In this document: positions 1 to 10,308 of the stretch, piece after piece
Layout of the letters: every line of letters begins with the position of its first letter
Numbering within the stretch: position 1 is the first letter of the stretch
Origin: a virus
Lineage: Duplodnaviria; Caudoviricetes
Length of the DNA: 31,467 nt
Reading direction: 5' to 3' (one strand)
IMG/VR virus record: IMGVR_UViG_3300020235_000546
Coordinates: 1 to 31,467 of that record
Translations under genes and position numbers: made by a program
The notes under the pieces: generated by a model
The model's input: only the letters and a program-made list of their open reading frames with translations
The model's database searches: none
What the model was told of the DNA's origin: nothing

Positions 1-1
1 C

Positions 2-217
2 ACCCATACAACCGATTCATTCCTAAAGGCAATTGAAGAAAGGCTAGAAATTAAGGTGTTCATTCCCGACAATTCTGATCTTCAAGTTAATGAGCCAAGT
101 AACTTGGATATCCAAGTGGACGAGCCTGATAATTCAGATATGAAAATCTTTGAACGTGACATTGAAAACATACCGATATACCTAAACGATGAGGAAAAAA
201 TAGAGGTATTAGGATAA
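2..217 (+). CDS. 3' end of an acidic virion-associated protein (partial)
   Basis: Open frame from the window edge (THTTDSFLKA...EKIEVLG*); TAA 215-217 overlaps the next ATG (TAATG). Confidence 0.6.
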   Translation, partial: THTTDSFLKAIEERLEIKVFIPDNSDLQVNEPSNLDIQVDEPDNSDMKIFERDIENIPIYLNDEEKIEVLG

Positions 218-549
218 TGGCTGGCTGGGACTACATAATCGGTGAAACTGGATATAATCGTCCATTCGTGGTATTTGATAAGGGAACGGGTGAGCCAGTG
301 GACGCTACGGGTATTACCTCAGCTCTTATGACAATCTTGGAAGCTGATCTTACAGCTACCACACCAGCTATCAGTGATATTGCATTAACCGTCGATACTG
401 CTAATCCACTTAGAGTTTTACTAGCTGTAAATGCTGGCACTCCAAATGTCCCTCAATCAACTGGAAGTTATCTTGTTCAACTAAAAATTACAATTGGTAG
501 TGAAATACGCAAAACCTATGAAGTAGATTTGAGGGTGTTTAACGGATGA
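217..549 (+). CDS. BppU N-terminal-like Ig-fold virion protein
   Basis: Pattern GET...PVDxTG...GSYxxQLKIT...TY resembles BppU_N-like domains; translationally coupled on both sides. Confidence 0.5.
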   Translation: MAGWDYIIGETGYNRPFVVFDKGTGEPVDATGITSALMTILEADLTATTPAISDIALTVDTANPLRVLLAVNAGTPNVPQSTGSYLVQLKITIGSEIRKTYEVDLRVFNG

Positions 550-926
550 GTAGTACCGAAGCTGGTCAAATTGCAAACTTGAGGGAAACCAAAAGACGAC
601 TCAATATTCCCGATTCCGTAAGTAGTAGTAATCTCAAAATTCAAGACTATATCCAGGAATCTGATAATTATGTGAATATTCAAGCTAGCCCACATACCAC
701 TACTCCAATTACAAACCCCTCCCCTGAATTGGTTTCACTATCTTCAAGCCTTGCCGCGGCATTATTCAATTACTGGCAAACTCCAACCAAGGATAGAAAC
801 CTCAGTGGAGTTACCGAATGGAAGAAGGCCATAGAAAAACACATTGACGGAGTGTATGCCCGTAAAAGTGCCAGTGGCTTGGGTGGAGGCAACCTATTTG
901 GAAAGACAAGTGGGTTTAAGCAATAA
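546..926 (+). CDS. head-tail connector/adaptor (HK97 gp6/SPP1 gp15-like)
   Basis: N-terminal LRETKRRLNI...IQDYIQESDNYVN helix pattern; 126 aa; first gene of the neck/tail module. Confidence 0.65.
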   Translation: MSSTEAGQIANLRETKRRLNIPDSVSSSNLKIQDYIQESDNYVNIQASPHTTTPITNPSPELVSLSSSLAAALFNYWQTPTKDRNLSGVTEWKKAIEKHIDGVYARKSASGLGGGNLFGKTSGFKQ

Positions 927-1825
927 TGGTTAGTCAGGCTGAGGTAATCAGAAATTTAATTGAAACCAATTGGAGTTTAACTGGTCAACTCAATAAAGTA
1001 GAAACTACTGCTATGAAAGAAGTTGTAAGATTCTTTGATCGCCAGGAAGTTGAGGGTAATGAGTGGCCTAAGGCGATTACAGTAGAAAAAATAAATGATG
1101 AGGCTGATGAGAACACAGTCAAACATCCTCATTTTACCGAGGTTCGTGACAAGTATATTATCTCATGTCATTTCAGAGTGACAGATAGTGATCCTACTCC
1201 CTACTCTGATGCACTTGACCAAGTGGAAGATATGGCTGAGGAAGTCCAATTGATATTATCTACTGCTTATGATCCTCACGCTGGCAACGGCATATTTTTC
1301 GTGGTTAATACCCAATGGAATAAGAACGACCATAGGGACGGGGCTCAGATTGATCTAGTGCGATACATGACATTTATCCTAACCAAAATATCCTCAGAAA
1401 ATCCAAACGTGGTTGAGGGCTTTGGAGGAGTTCTTAGAATAGACGGTGGAAAAATATATGCAGAAACTTACAACGTTCAATCAGTTCACGGTATGCCTCA
1501 ACTATCTGAGGTCATAGTTGGAAATACAAAACTGCCAGTCTATTTCACAGGTATTTTCCAAGGTAGGATTAACGCTGATATGTTCCTTACAACTGAGGAT
1601 ATTGGGGCTCTAGGTACTGACATTAACCATATTGGGACTGATCTCACGAATGGAGAGGTTGATGAAAATGTGTTTTTACAGCAATTCAGTAATTCCACTC
1701 AAACTGTGACAATTACGCATACAATAAAAATTATAAACTTTGAAGTTGTAGGTTTTGTTGAGGATTTAGTGAAATTAAAAATGATTGGAGAAATAATTAC
1801 TCAACCGACTATGGTGGTAGCTTAG
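926..1825 (+). CDS. putative tail terminator/completion domain fused to a tail-tube-like domain
   Basis: N-half looks terminator-like (IRNLIETNW...WPKAITVE...YIISCHFR...VEDMAEEVQLIL). C-half is beta-rich and shares a VYFxG motif and layout with the next gene. Confidence 0.45.
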   Translation: MVSQAEVIRNLIETNWSLTGQLNKVETTAMKEVVRFFDRQEVEGNEWPKAITVEKINDEADENTVKHPHFTEVRDKYIISCHFRVTDSDPTPYSDALDQVEDMAEEVQLILSTAYDPHAGNGIFFVVNTQWNKNDHRDGAQIDLVRYMTFILTKISSENPNVVEGFGGVLRIDGGKIYAETYNVQSVHGMPQLSEVIVGNTKLPVYFTGIFQGRINADMFLTTEDIGALGTDINHIGTDLTNGEVDENVFLQQFSNSTQTVTITHTIKIINFEVVGFVEDLVKLKMIGEIITQPTMVVA

Positions 1826-2254
1826 ATGCCTGATAAGGGATCTCTAACGAGCGTCATAAATGCAACCGAGGTTAAACTCTATCTTACTGATACTAATAAT
1901 GAATACGTCCTTTTACAAGAATTAGACTTGGTACTGGATAGGCCTGAAACTAGAGAGGCAGTAGCTCTCGGAGCTGTCTATTTTTTCGGTCAACATAACA
2001 ATATTTTCGATGCAACTATCCTAATGTCAGCTCCAGAGATGGATGAGTATTTGGATCTTAATGCTCTTACGTCAGGTGGACTCACAGGTGGTTCTTATCT
2101 TTTAGAATACACTCCAAAAACTGGTCCCGCACAAACTGTTACAGTTGACGCAGTAGTTCCTAGATTATCAATAGAGAAACTTCCAGAGGGTGGGACTAAA
2201 TTTAGAGCAAGATTCAGAATTACCGAAGAAGTTACGAGTGCTGACGTAACATAG
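1826..2254 (+). CDS. major tail tube protein
   Basis: 142 aa, acidic and beta-rich, C-terminal 'LSIEK..GGTKFRARFRIT' as in tube proteins; position in module. Confidence 0.55.
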   Translation: MPDKGSLTSVINATEVKLYLTDTNNEYVLLQELDLVLDRPETREAVALGAVYFFGQHNNIFDATILMSAPEMDEYLDLNALTSGGLTGGSYLLEYTPKTGPAQTVTVDAVVPRLSIEKLPEGGTKFRARFRITEEVTSADVT

Positions 2255-2263
2255 AGGGTAAAA

Positions 2264-2749
2264 ATGCCCGAAACGTCCTTATCGGTTTTAAGGTTGGAAG
2301 CCTCTCCGTCCAGAGTCAAACAGCACATTGAAAGAATAAAAATAGATACTGCAATTAGAGAAATTCTAAATCCACTCAAGGAGAGATATACAGAGCTTGG
2401 AGCAGCGCAAAGTTTTATTGATTTTATTGAAATAGAGAATGGCCCAGGTATTACTGTAAAACTTGTTTTTGCTCATCCTATTTGTAGATGGCTAGAGTAT
2501 GGTACTGATCCACACTACATTGATGCCGTGGAAGCTGAGTTTTTAATATTTGAATTTAGAAAAACAAGCAGTTGGTTTGATTCCAAAGCTGGAGATGATA
2601 GGGCTATCTTCAAGGGAGAGTCAGTCCTACACCCTGGTTTTCAAGGGTACAATCTCTTAGCAATAATGTTAGGTACGCTAACGCAAAACTATACTAGCGA
2701 AATAGTAAGACAAGTAACGGAGTATATGCAGAGGACGAAAATGAAATGA
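2264..2749 (+). CDS. HK97 gp10-like tail completion/neck protein
   Basis: WLEYGTxPHxI...VLHPG motifs characteristic of the gp10-like family. Confidence 0.65.
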   Translation: MPETSLSVLRLEASPSRVKQHIERIKIDTAIREILNPLKERYTELGAAQSFIDFIEIENGPGITVKLVFAHPICRWLEYGTDPHYIDAVEAEFLIFEFRKTSSWFDSKAGDDRAIFKGESVLHPGFQGYNLLAIMLGTLTQNYTSEIVRQVTEYMQRTKMK

Positions 2750-3729
2750 GCTCAAATTACGGAGAAGAAGATCAAAAGATTACCATTGACATTGAATTAG
2801 TTGTCAATACTGAGGACGTAGAAAAACAAGTCAGGGAGATGCACTCCAGGGAGCGAGGAGAAAGACGAATTAAAGAAAGTCAACGTGAGGATGTTTTACC
2901 AAGGGGGCTTCCAAAAGGGGGCATGGCTCCAGAGGATCTTGTAAAAGACATTAAGAGAATTAACTTGTTAGAGTTAGAGAGGATTCAAAGATTAGAGGGG
3001 ATCAATATGGCTAAAATTGTAGCCCCAGCTACGGCTGGAGGAATAGGGGCTATGAATGGAGCAGCCCAAGATTTACTCAAAGAAATAAAAGGAATTGATC
3101 TTGGAAAACTTAGACAGAAACTTTATGATGATTTGATAAAAGGTAAGGGGCTGGCTCAAGGGATTGCTCCAGGCACTTTTGAACATGACATCCCAAATTT
3201 CGGAATGGCTAGAGTCCCAAGAGGAGGTGATCGACCTGATGAGTTTATCAAGAAAGTGAAAAACCCCGACGCTGGTTTGCACATTTACGGAGAGAATGAC
3301 GGGCCTGGCACAGCAGAAAAAATAATGATAAAAGTGCTGGGTGGACCTCAACAAGCTCAGCAAGCTTTGGGTATGTTAAAGAATCCTCTAAAATTGGCAA
3401 AGTTTCTCGGACCAGTTGCCGCTCCCGTACTGGCAGGGCTAATCGCAGTTGAAATTACAAAAAAAATAATCAAAGATATGGTACGAAAAGGAAGTATATT
3501 TGACAGGACTTTCAAGAACGTGGTAGATAACAGAGTTGAAGTCCTCCGTACTAGGGAACAACAGCAACGTATTCTTGTAGGATTCGGACCAACAGCTCAA
3601 CTAATCACTACCACATCGGCTGGAACAACCAACCCCCGTGACTCTTTTAACACATACGCTATCATAAATGATGGGAATAAAGACATTGAAGAAATATTTG
3701 CAATACGTAACGATTCGGGGTATAACTAA
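2746..3729 (+). CDS. short tape-measure-like protein
   Basis: N-terminal ITIDIELVVNTEDVEKQ, helical Gly/Ala-rich body and hydrophobic segment LGPVAAPVLAGLIAV; lies before Dit/hub genes. Confidence 0.5.
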   Translation: MSSNYGEEDQKITIDIELVVNTEDVEKQVREMHSRERGERRIKESQREDVLPRGLPKGGMAPEDLVKDIKRINLLELERIQRLEGINMAKIVAPATAGGIGAMNGAAQDLLKEIKGIDLGKLRQKLYDDLIKGKGLAQGIAPGTFEHDIPNFGMARVPRGGDRPDEFIKKVKNPDAGLHIYGENDGPGTAEKIMIKVLGGPQQAQQALGMLKNPLKLAKFLGPVAAPVLAGLIAVEITKKIIKDMVRKGSIFDRTFKNVVDNRVEVLRTREQQQRILVGFGPTAQLITTTSAGTTNPRDSFNTYAIINDGNKDIEEIFAIRNDSGYN

Positions 3730-4242
3730 ATGACTCTAGTATTATTTCGAGTGAATACAGCTGGTCAAGGATTAGGAAATTTAGATGCCAATGAACAAAT
3801 TACATTTAATTCTACTGCTGATATTAACAACCATAATGGATTCATTACTCAGGTTGACATAACTAACACTACGGGAATCGGAAACAACCAAGCAGCAGAA
3901 CAAGACTTGGGCGATCACCAGGATTTAGGTCCAGTTGAGAAACTATACGTCATAACTGGATTTATTTCAGTTAGAGATGAAGCTGAGAGTAATTCTAATA
4001 TGATTAATATTATGAAAAAATGGGACGACGAGATTAAGACAAATACCAATTTCAAACATGGTAGGATGGGACTACTCCTAAGTGATTTTAGCCAATATGA
4101 CTTAGCTCCAGTGGGGACAGGTAGTGATCAGCAAGGGCTAATTTGGAAATCTATCCAGTGGGGGCCACTAACCTATGATATATTACCACTAAGAGCAGAT
4201 TTTAAAATTACCATGATAATTGATCTAGGGGATGACGAATGA
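3730..4242 (+). CDS. distal tail (Dit)-like protein
   Basis: 170 aa beta-rich; between TMP and hub; ends 'ADFKITMII'. Confidence 0.5.
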   Translation: MTLVLFRVNTAGQGLGNLDANEQITFNSTADINNHNGFITQVDITNTTGIGNNQAAEQDLGDHQDLGPVEKLYVITGFISVRDEAESNSNMINIMKKWDDEIKTNTNFKHGRMGLLLSDFSQYDLAPVGTGSDQQGLIWKSIQWGPLTYDILPLRADFKITMIIDLGDDE

Positions 4243-7211
4243 GTGATAGACTTTGGAGTGGTCTAGTAATTCTCAAAGACCACGGAGCTGACGTTGACCT
4301 CTCTAAGAAATGGTCGGTTATAGAATATGAAGATGCCAGTCCTCAAAGTGTTGTTATTACTCTTAATGCTGCTAGAGGGCGATTTATTACTCAGGGTACT
4401 AAGATCCAAAAATGGGACAGGATCTATGTAGAGTTAACCGACCAAGCTGGTAAAAAAGTCAAAGATGTGTTTTGGGTAAATACAATGAAACGACAGCGTA
4501 AGAAAGGTAAGGGACTTCAATTAATCTTACACTGTCCACACCAGTCCTCCAATCTTATGAAACAAACTATTGCCAAACCTGGCAGGCGTTCAAGTGGCAA
4601 GGATGCTATGAATGATCTTATAAATCAGATGAACGTCAATAGGGGCTCCAGTGATCCTAGTATTGAAACTGTAAGTCCGTTTGACATTACAAATAAACTT
4701 GGAAATAATCTTGATGAGGGTACAACCAATGATTACATATTTGAGGCTTACAAAGCTCGCACAGCAATTGACGAGATTATCCAAAGAGAGGGTACTCCAG
4801 TTGAAGTAGGTGGCTCTTTCCAGTTTCACTATTTCAGATTCAAGTCAAAGTACGATCACGATACAGATAGTTTCCTAGACGTTGTTCAACTGCAAGTGTT
4901 TCAACAAGGATTCATGGAAAATCAATCGTCACAATTTACTAACATACCACAAGTGACATTAACAAAACCACTTCTGTCAACTGGAGATAGAGCCAATGTA
5001 TTAGCATTAGATACCGACATGGAAGTTGAAAAGGGAACTAACCTTATAGCAATTGGTAACAAGGTTGGTGGTACTTATCCTATTGATTATTCACGATTCC
5101 TTGGAGCAAAGACTGTTTTTGAAAATGCGTTACCTTGGGAGGACGGAAAAGAGTATATCAGTGGAATTATTGTAACGTGGGCGATAGCTGGATCTATATC
5201 CACTTACCAATGTATTCAAGATAACCTCGCTAATGATGGTGTCAATGATCCCACTACGGGGTTAGGGACTTTTTGGATTGGACCTATAACTTTTGATATT
5301 CCTCCTACGTGGGTAGCCCAAGGTGGGGGTTATACTAACACGTTTGATGTAAAACATAACGAGATTGCATACCAAGCTATTGTAACTCACAGTCCCTCAG
5401 ATAGCTCCAACGAGCCTCCTAATACCGAGTTTTGGACTAGACTTTCATGGCTACCAACTACTGAATATTCCACTCTGACTAACAACAAATTCCGTCATTG
5501 GTTAAACGCTGGTGGTGGATCAAAGTATTACTCAACTTTTGGATTCAAGGATAATGTAGCAGTAGTTGATCCTAGTGTAATTATAAAAGACGCTATACAC
5601 CCTAGAACATGGGTTGACGCAGTAACCAATGACAGTGTGTTGTTATTACTCAAAACCGACCTTATGCAGAATGGACTGCCATTTGACGGATTTAGAGTGT
5701 TGTGTGTTGATCCTACTGACGGGACTTCGACAGGAGAGGGGGCTTTCGCTGGAAATGATCCAAACGGTGAGTCAATGGGTGGAAATATTTTGGAATGGCG
5801 TGATCCTCAGCTTACCAACCCCTCAACTACGGGAGATTGGTTTGTCTATAAAGTAACAGATAGTGATCAAGAGGTATATGATTTTGAGGATGGGTTCAGT
5901 TGGGTAAGAAGTCCATGTAATGCGACTTTATCAGCAGTTAACAATAATGGAGCTTGTGTTTTCATAATCGGTGGATCGCCAGCTACAAGGTCTAGCGTTT
6001 GGGAAAAAGGATCTTACAGATTAAGCGAACTCCCTAATGGTAAATTTGGTTTGTTTGTTGCAAATTCAAGTTTTGAGTGTGTCCATAACATAAGTTGGAA
6101 TACGGGGTTAGGTCATTCTGATATAGGTAACGAACAACTTGGAGAGCCAAACTCTAACGCATTATTTGAGGAATTAAACTCAGATACCTCAGCTGTGTTT
6201 GTTCACTTTAACCCACTTGATCTTACGCAGTTTGGTAACTTTGCTGGACTTAACTTTGCGTTCCCTTGGCCTCGTCAAAATACAGGAGGTCAAACTATTG
6301 GCTCAGAGATTAATCTTCCAATGTTTGACTTGGATAATATGCACTTGTCAAGAGATCGAGATCGAATATGGTATGGACCTGAGGTTGAGGACTATTTTCC
6401 AATCCAAGATTTTGCTTTCTTGGAATTTTTTAGAGAACAAGCATTATTAGACATTTACACAGGCCCAGGAGGACCGAAAAGACAAGCTGATTATTCTATG
6501 GCAGTATGGTTAGCTGACAGAAATGATACCGTTATCACAATGGATTATACTCATTCTCACAATAACAACGCGTTCCCACAAACAGCGAAAGTAGGGAAAC
6601 AAAAAATCTATCGAGCTATTCCTGGGACAAGTATATTTATCCCTGGTCAAGCTCCCGAAATCTTAGATATATTTGATTTTAGAAACGTGGTGCGAGGAGG
6701 CATATACACTAGAGATTCCTTTGATGCACAAAATAGATACAAAGGTGTCCTTAGCAGATTCCAAGTCCAAGGGGGCATAAGTGAGGACATTAAACTATCC
6801 ATTGACGCATTTAGAATGACAAAGCCTCTAGTATGCACAAACGCTGATGAGCCACTTGTTAAGAACGAGAGAAACATAGAGCCAGCTAAATTACAGTGGG
6901 ATCAGATTACTAATTATGCTCAACTCAAAAACTATGTGCTTGCTCAAGCGGCAATTACAGGATTCCGTACTGATAGATTTGAAGTCGAAACACCAGGTAG
7001 GTGTAATATTGCATGGGGAGATCCAGTATTCTATAACGATACGGAAGCTATCGACGTAACGTTTGATCCAAGTGGATTAGACCTAGATAATACTATACGA
7101 GCAACTGCCAACAAAATAACATACTCACTATCAAAAGGAGCTGACGGACCTGGTGGCTTTATCAGAACAATTGATTTAGTTACTAGATTATACCCAGATG
7201 ATACACCATGA
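4239..7211 (+). CDS. baseplate hub/tail tip protein with CBM5/12-like inserts
   Basis: 990 aa; hub-like ends (KWDRIYVEL; TPGRCNIAWGD...KITYS...FIRTIDL); two W..G..Y...V...Y.(C/A)...P...W modules at ~5136-5445. Confidence 0.6.
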   Translation: MSDRLWSGLVILKDHGADVDLSKKWSVIEYEDASPQSVVITLNAARGRFITQGTKIQKWDRIYVELTDQAGKKVKDVFWVNTMKRQRKKGKGLQLILHCPHQSSNLMKQTIAKPGRRSSGKDAMNDLINQMNVNRGSSDPSIETVSPFDITNKLGNNLDEGTTNDYIFEAYKARTAIDEIIQREGTPVEVGGSFQFHYFRFKSKYDHDTDSFLDVVQLQVFQQGFMENQSSQFTNIPQVTLTKPLLSTGDRANVLALDTDMEVEKGTNLIAIGNKVGGTYPIDYSRFLGAKTVFENALPWEDGKEYISGIIVTWAIAGSISTYQCIQDNLANDGVNDPTTGLGTFWIGPITFDIPPTWVAQGGGYTNTFDVKHNEIAYQAIVTHSPSDSSNEPPNTEFWTRLSWLPTTEYSTLTNNKFRHWLNAGGGSKYYSTFGFKDNVAVVDPSVIIKDAIHPRTWVDAVTNDSVLLLLKTDLMQNGLPFDGFRVLCVDPTDGTSTGEGAFAGNDPNGESMGGNILEWRDPQLTNPSTTGDWFVYKVTDSDQEVYDFEDGFSWVRSPCNATLSAVNNNGACVFIIGGSPATRSSVWEKGSYRLSELPNGKFGLFVANSSFECVHNISWNTGLGHSDIGNEQLGEPNSNALFEELNSDTSAVFVHFNPLDLTQFGNFAGLNFAFPWPRQNTGGQTIGSEINLPMFDLDNMHLSRDRDRIWYGPEVEDYFPIQDFAFLEFFREQALLDIYTGPGGPKRQADYSMAVWLADRNDTVITMDYTHSHNNNAFPQTAKVGKQKIYRAIPGTSIFIPGQAPEILDIFDFRNVVRGGIYTRDSFDAQNRYKGVLSRFQVQGGISEDIKLSIDAFRMTKPLVCTNADEPLVKNERNIEPAKLQWDQITNYAQLKNYVLAQAAITGFRTDRFEVETPGRCNIAWGDPVFYNDTEAIDVTFDPSGLDLDNTIRATANKITYSLSKGADGPGGFIRTIDLVTRLYPDDTP

Positions 7212-9931
7212 GCAGTAGCGGTATTAGAAAATTCAAGACTTTTGAAGATAGAACAATTGAACTTATTGTTAATCAAGAATCCAATTTTATCGGAGCTCTA
7301 AAAGTCACTGGAACTGAGTCCAGCTTTGGGGGAGTGGTAGGACTTGGAACTGCTACCAGTGGAGGTCCTGGGGCTCCAGTTGGTAATTTCCTAGAGGTCG
7401 CAGGGGGAAGTATGGCTGGCCCAATTGCATATTCCCCACAGCTCGTTACCGTGGACGTTGATAACAATGTCAACATAGGTTTTCAGCAAGGAGCTTTTTC
7501 CACTTACATCCGTGTAACTGCGACAGGAGCTACTGACGATTTAGAAAATATTATTGGAGCTCACTTTTCCGGCCAAGATATTATTCTGCAAGGAACTGAT
7601 ACGAAAACTATCACGCTAAAGACAACTGGTAACATCATCCCTCCAGGTGAAGCTGATTTTGATCTTGTTGATGATAAAATAATTAGAGGTGTCTTTGACG
7701 AGATTCAAAACAAGTGGGTTTTCTATACCAGTAGTGGAGGAGGTGGTGGATCAATCCCTGACGGGACATTAGAGAATCAGCATTTAGAATGGGACGATAC
7801 GGCTGGAGAATGGAAAGCTGTCAATGATATTGATATGTTTGTTGGCGTCAATGCACGAGCTATCCATAACCTAGATGGACTTGATTTTATCAGTGACACA
7901 GCTGTTGCTTTCGGTAATTTTTCTATTGATGAAACAAGTGGATTAGAGGCATTAAATCTCAATCTACCTGACACAACCGATTTTACAATTTCTGACGACG
8001 CAGTAATAAAATGGCGATTCATTCCAAGCACTTCTGAAATTACCTTTGACGGAGGTGGATCTGGGATCACAAATTTCGGTCATTTAGATTTCGTTAACAA
8101 CTTGGCGACACCCTCAGCCACGTTCTCAATTTATTCAAACGGTACTGATCTTATCGCAAGAACATCTAGTGGCAGTTCAAGAAACCTAGATCGTATAGTC
8201 GAAACCCCTATGACGAGAAACTTGGACGCTGGTGATAATGATCTAACCAATCTACAAAGTCTATTTTTCAATGAAACGAACAATGCTATTCTTGCTGATC
8301 CCGTAGGTATGTTATTCCGAACTGCTACAACGGACAGGTTTGATTGGGAAGTTGCTGGAACTGGTATCGTGATGACGTTAAACACAACTACTCTTGGTTT
8401 AGGAGTTGACCTTGCTATGCCTACTGGAGGTAACATTCTTGGTGGAGGTTCAGATAATGGAATGACAAACATCGGTCATTTAGATTTCATTGATAACTTA
8501 TCCTCTCCAGGCGCAACGTTTTCTATTTATTCTGACGGTACTGATCTATTTGCAAATACAGGTAGTAAGGTAGTCAACCTTGATGATATTCCACAGCTAG
8601 CTCTTAATGAAACCGTAACTGGTCTATGGACATTCGACGATATCATTAGAGCTGGTGGAGCTGGTTTTGGAATGGACACTATTGGTCATTTAGATTTCGT
8701 TGATAACTTAGCCACTCCAGGAGCTACGTTTTCTATTTATTCTGACGGTACTGATCTAGTTGCAAATACTGGAAGTCATGTAACCAATTTTGATAATTTA
8801 CCTGAGCTTACTATCGCTAACACATTTACCGCAATCAACACATTCAATGCCAATATTGTTGGAGGTGGGGCTGGTGAGGGATTAAGCAATATCGGTCAAC
8901 TTATTTTTGTCGATAACTTAGCCACTCCAGGTGGTATCGCTATCTATTCAGATGGCACAGATATTTTCACAACTGCTACTTGGAATTTCAATCTTAAAAA
9001 TTTAGAGAGTGTAACTGATATTATTTTACGTGATGGATTCAATACTTCAAAATTATTCTTTGACGGAGGTGTAGATACTTACATGACAGGTTCAGGTATA
9101 ACTGGAAGAATTAATTTTTTCATGGACGGAAATAACAAAGCGTCGTTTGATCCTACTGGATTGGTTCTTGCAATAGATACATACCTTACAGTGGACGAAA
9201 GAACGTCTAATCCAGCAGCATTGACAGCTAAAGGAATATTCTTTGTTAAAGAAGTAAGTGGTAACGCTGAGCCTTGGTTTGTTGGACAAGGTGTAACTGC
9301 TCAGTCATTACTTGGTGGAGGTGCTGGTGGTGCAACTATTGAGCTAGACAACTTAGGAACTACATCTATCAATGCACAACTTAATTTGCAAAACGGAGTT
9401 AACATAATACCTGAGGATTTCGGTAGTGTTTTGGGAGATTCAACACATACTTTTGGAACTTCGTACTTTACTCGAATTAACTTTGATTTGACTACACGGT
9501 TTATTGCTGGAACTGGAGCTCTTGATATGATCGTCGAAGTCCCAAGTGGAGGAAATATGTTTTTTAGAGAAGCTGGAACAAACTTTTGGGAACTAGATGG
9601 CGACTCAAACCAATGTGTATTTTATCGTGATATTGCTTTAACATCGGGTGAGGCCATTAGATCACACCAAGGGGCTGAAATTGGATTTTTTGTTACTAAC
9701 ACAACTGTCGCAGTTGGCTCAGCTGGTAGTATGCAAATACCCACAACTACAACCACGATCGGTAGTAATTCACAGTTGAATACAGCTTTTGGATCTGCAA
9801 TAGGTTGTATGGGGATATATGATACTGACACCTCAGTTCCCATACTTGCAATAAAGATTCAATCGAATAAATGGGCTTTGATTACATTCCCTGATAATGC
9901 TATCACGGTAGTAGGCGACCATGTAACCTAG
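7208..9931 (+). CDS. tail fibre/receptor-binding adhesin with internal repeats
   Basis: 907 aa, G/T/N/D-rich, poly-Gly hinges, four GHLDFVDNLATPGATFSIYSDGTDL-type repeats; last gene of the tail module. Confidence 0.7.
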   Translation: MSSSGIRKFKTFEDRTIELIVNQESNFIGALKVTGTESSFGGVVGLGTATSGGPGAPVGNFLEVAGGSMAGPIAYSPQLVTVDVDNNVNIGFQQGAFSTYIRVTATGATDDLENIIGAHFSGQDIILQGTDTKTITLKTTGNIIPPGEADFDLVDDKIIRGVFDEIQNKWVFYTSSGGGGGSIPDGTLENQHLEWDDTAGEWKAVNDIDMFVGVNARAIHNLDGLDFISDTAVAFGNFSIDETSGLEALNLNLPDTTDFTISDDAVIKWRFIPSTSEITFDGGGSGITNFGHLDFVNNLATPSATFSIYSNGTDLIARTSSGSSRNLDRIVETPMTRNLDAGDNDLTNLQSLFFNETNNAILADPVGMLFRTATTDRFDWEVAGTGIVMTLNTTTLGLGVDLAMPTGGNILGGGSDNGMTNIGHLDFIDNLSSPGATFSIYSDGTDLFANTGSKVVNLDDIPQLALNETVTGLWTFDDIIRAGGAGFGMDTIGHLDFVDNLATPGATFSIYSDGTDLVANTGSHVTNFDNLPELTIANTFTAINTFNANIVGGGAGEGLSNIGQLIFVDNLATPGGIAIYSDGTDIFTTATWNFNLKNLESVTDIILRDGFNTSKLFFDGGVDTYMTGSGITGRINFFMDGNNKASFDPTGLVLAIDTYLTVDERTSNPAALTAKGIFFVKEVSGNAEPWFVGQGVTAQSLLGGGAGGATIELDNLGTTSINAQLNLQNGVNIIPEDFGSVLGDSTHTFGTSYFTRINFDLTTRFIAGTGALDMIVEVPSGGNMFFREAGTNFWELDGDSNQCVFYRDIALTSGEAIRSHQGAEIGFFVTNTTVAVGSAGSMQIPTTTTTIGSNSQLNTAFGSAIGCMGIYDTDTSVPILAIKIQSNKWALITFPDNAITVVGDHVT
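8078..8965 (+). repeat. four intragenic ~75-90 bp repeats in the fibre gene
   Basis: Copies start at 8078, 8474, 8684 and 8894 (spacings 396, 210, 210 bp), e.g. ggtcatttagatttc...gataactta...ttctatttattctgacggtactgatct. Confidence 0.9.
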
Positions 9932-9969
9932 AGAAACCTATTATATTACCTTTCCAGTAGGTTATCTAT
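9932..9969 (+). promoter_or_regulatory. archaeal BRE/TATA promoter, probably leaderless, with GTAGGTTATCTA motif
   Basis: agaaacc-TATTATAT about 23-30 nt before ATG 9970; motif at 9957-9968. Confidence 0.6.
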
Positions 9970-10266
9970 ATGATGCCACCACAACAAATGCCACCATTGG
10001 ACAGTAAAAAGATAAGTGAAATTCTTACCAATATGAAGAAACAAATGAGTCAAGTTAAAGGCGAAATGGCTACTATGGAAAACGACGCTACAAGCTCCTT
10101 ATTTCACAACTTTGCTGGCATGATCAATCAAGTATATGCTGAGAAAGAACAAGCACAGAAAAAAGCCACTGATCTCCAAGCGACCATTGATAAAATCTAT
10201 CAGGGCCACCCTGACATTAAGATCGCTATGGAAAAAAAGCCTGACGATAAGCCTAAAAAGAAATAA
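9970..10266 (+). CDS. small coiled-coil protein, unknown function
   Basis: 98 aa helical heptads with Lys-rich tail; own promoter. Confidence 0.7.
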   Translation: MMPPQQMPPLDSKKISEILTNMKKQMSQVKGEMATMENDATSSLFHNFAGMINQVYAEKEQAQKKATDLQATIDKIYQGHPDIKIAMEKKPDDKPKKK

Positions 10267-10308
10267 ATAGGTAAGTTATCTAATTCATAATACAATGGAG
10301 GTGAAAGA

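Noticed and set aside
231-9843. Minus-strand and alternative-frame ORFs within tail genes (e.g. 2095-2379, 7777-8070, 8131-8472)
   Set aside because: Shadows of long, coupled + strand genes; no motifs or start signals.
7208-9931. DGR or shufflon acting on the fibre
   Set aside because: Repeat differences are not adenine-specific, repeats are direct and in-frame, and no reverse transcriptase or invertase is in the window.
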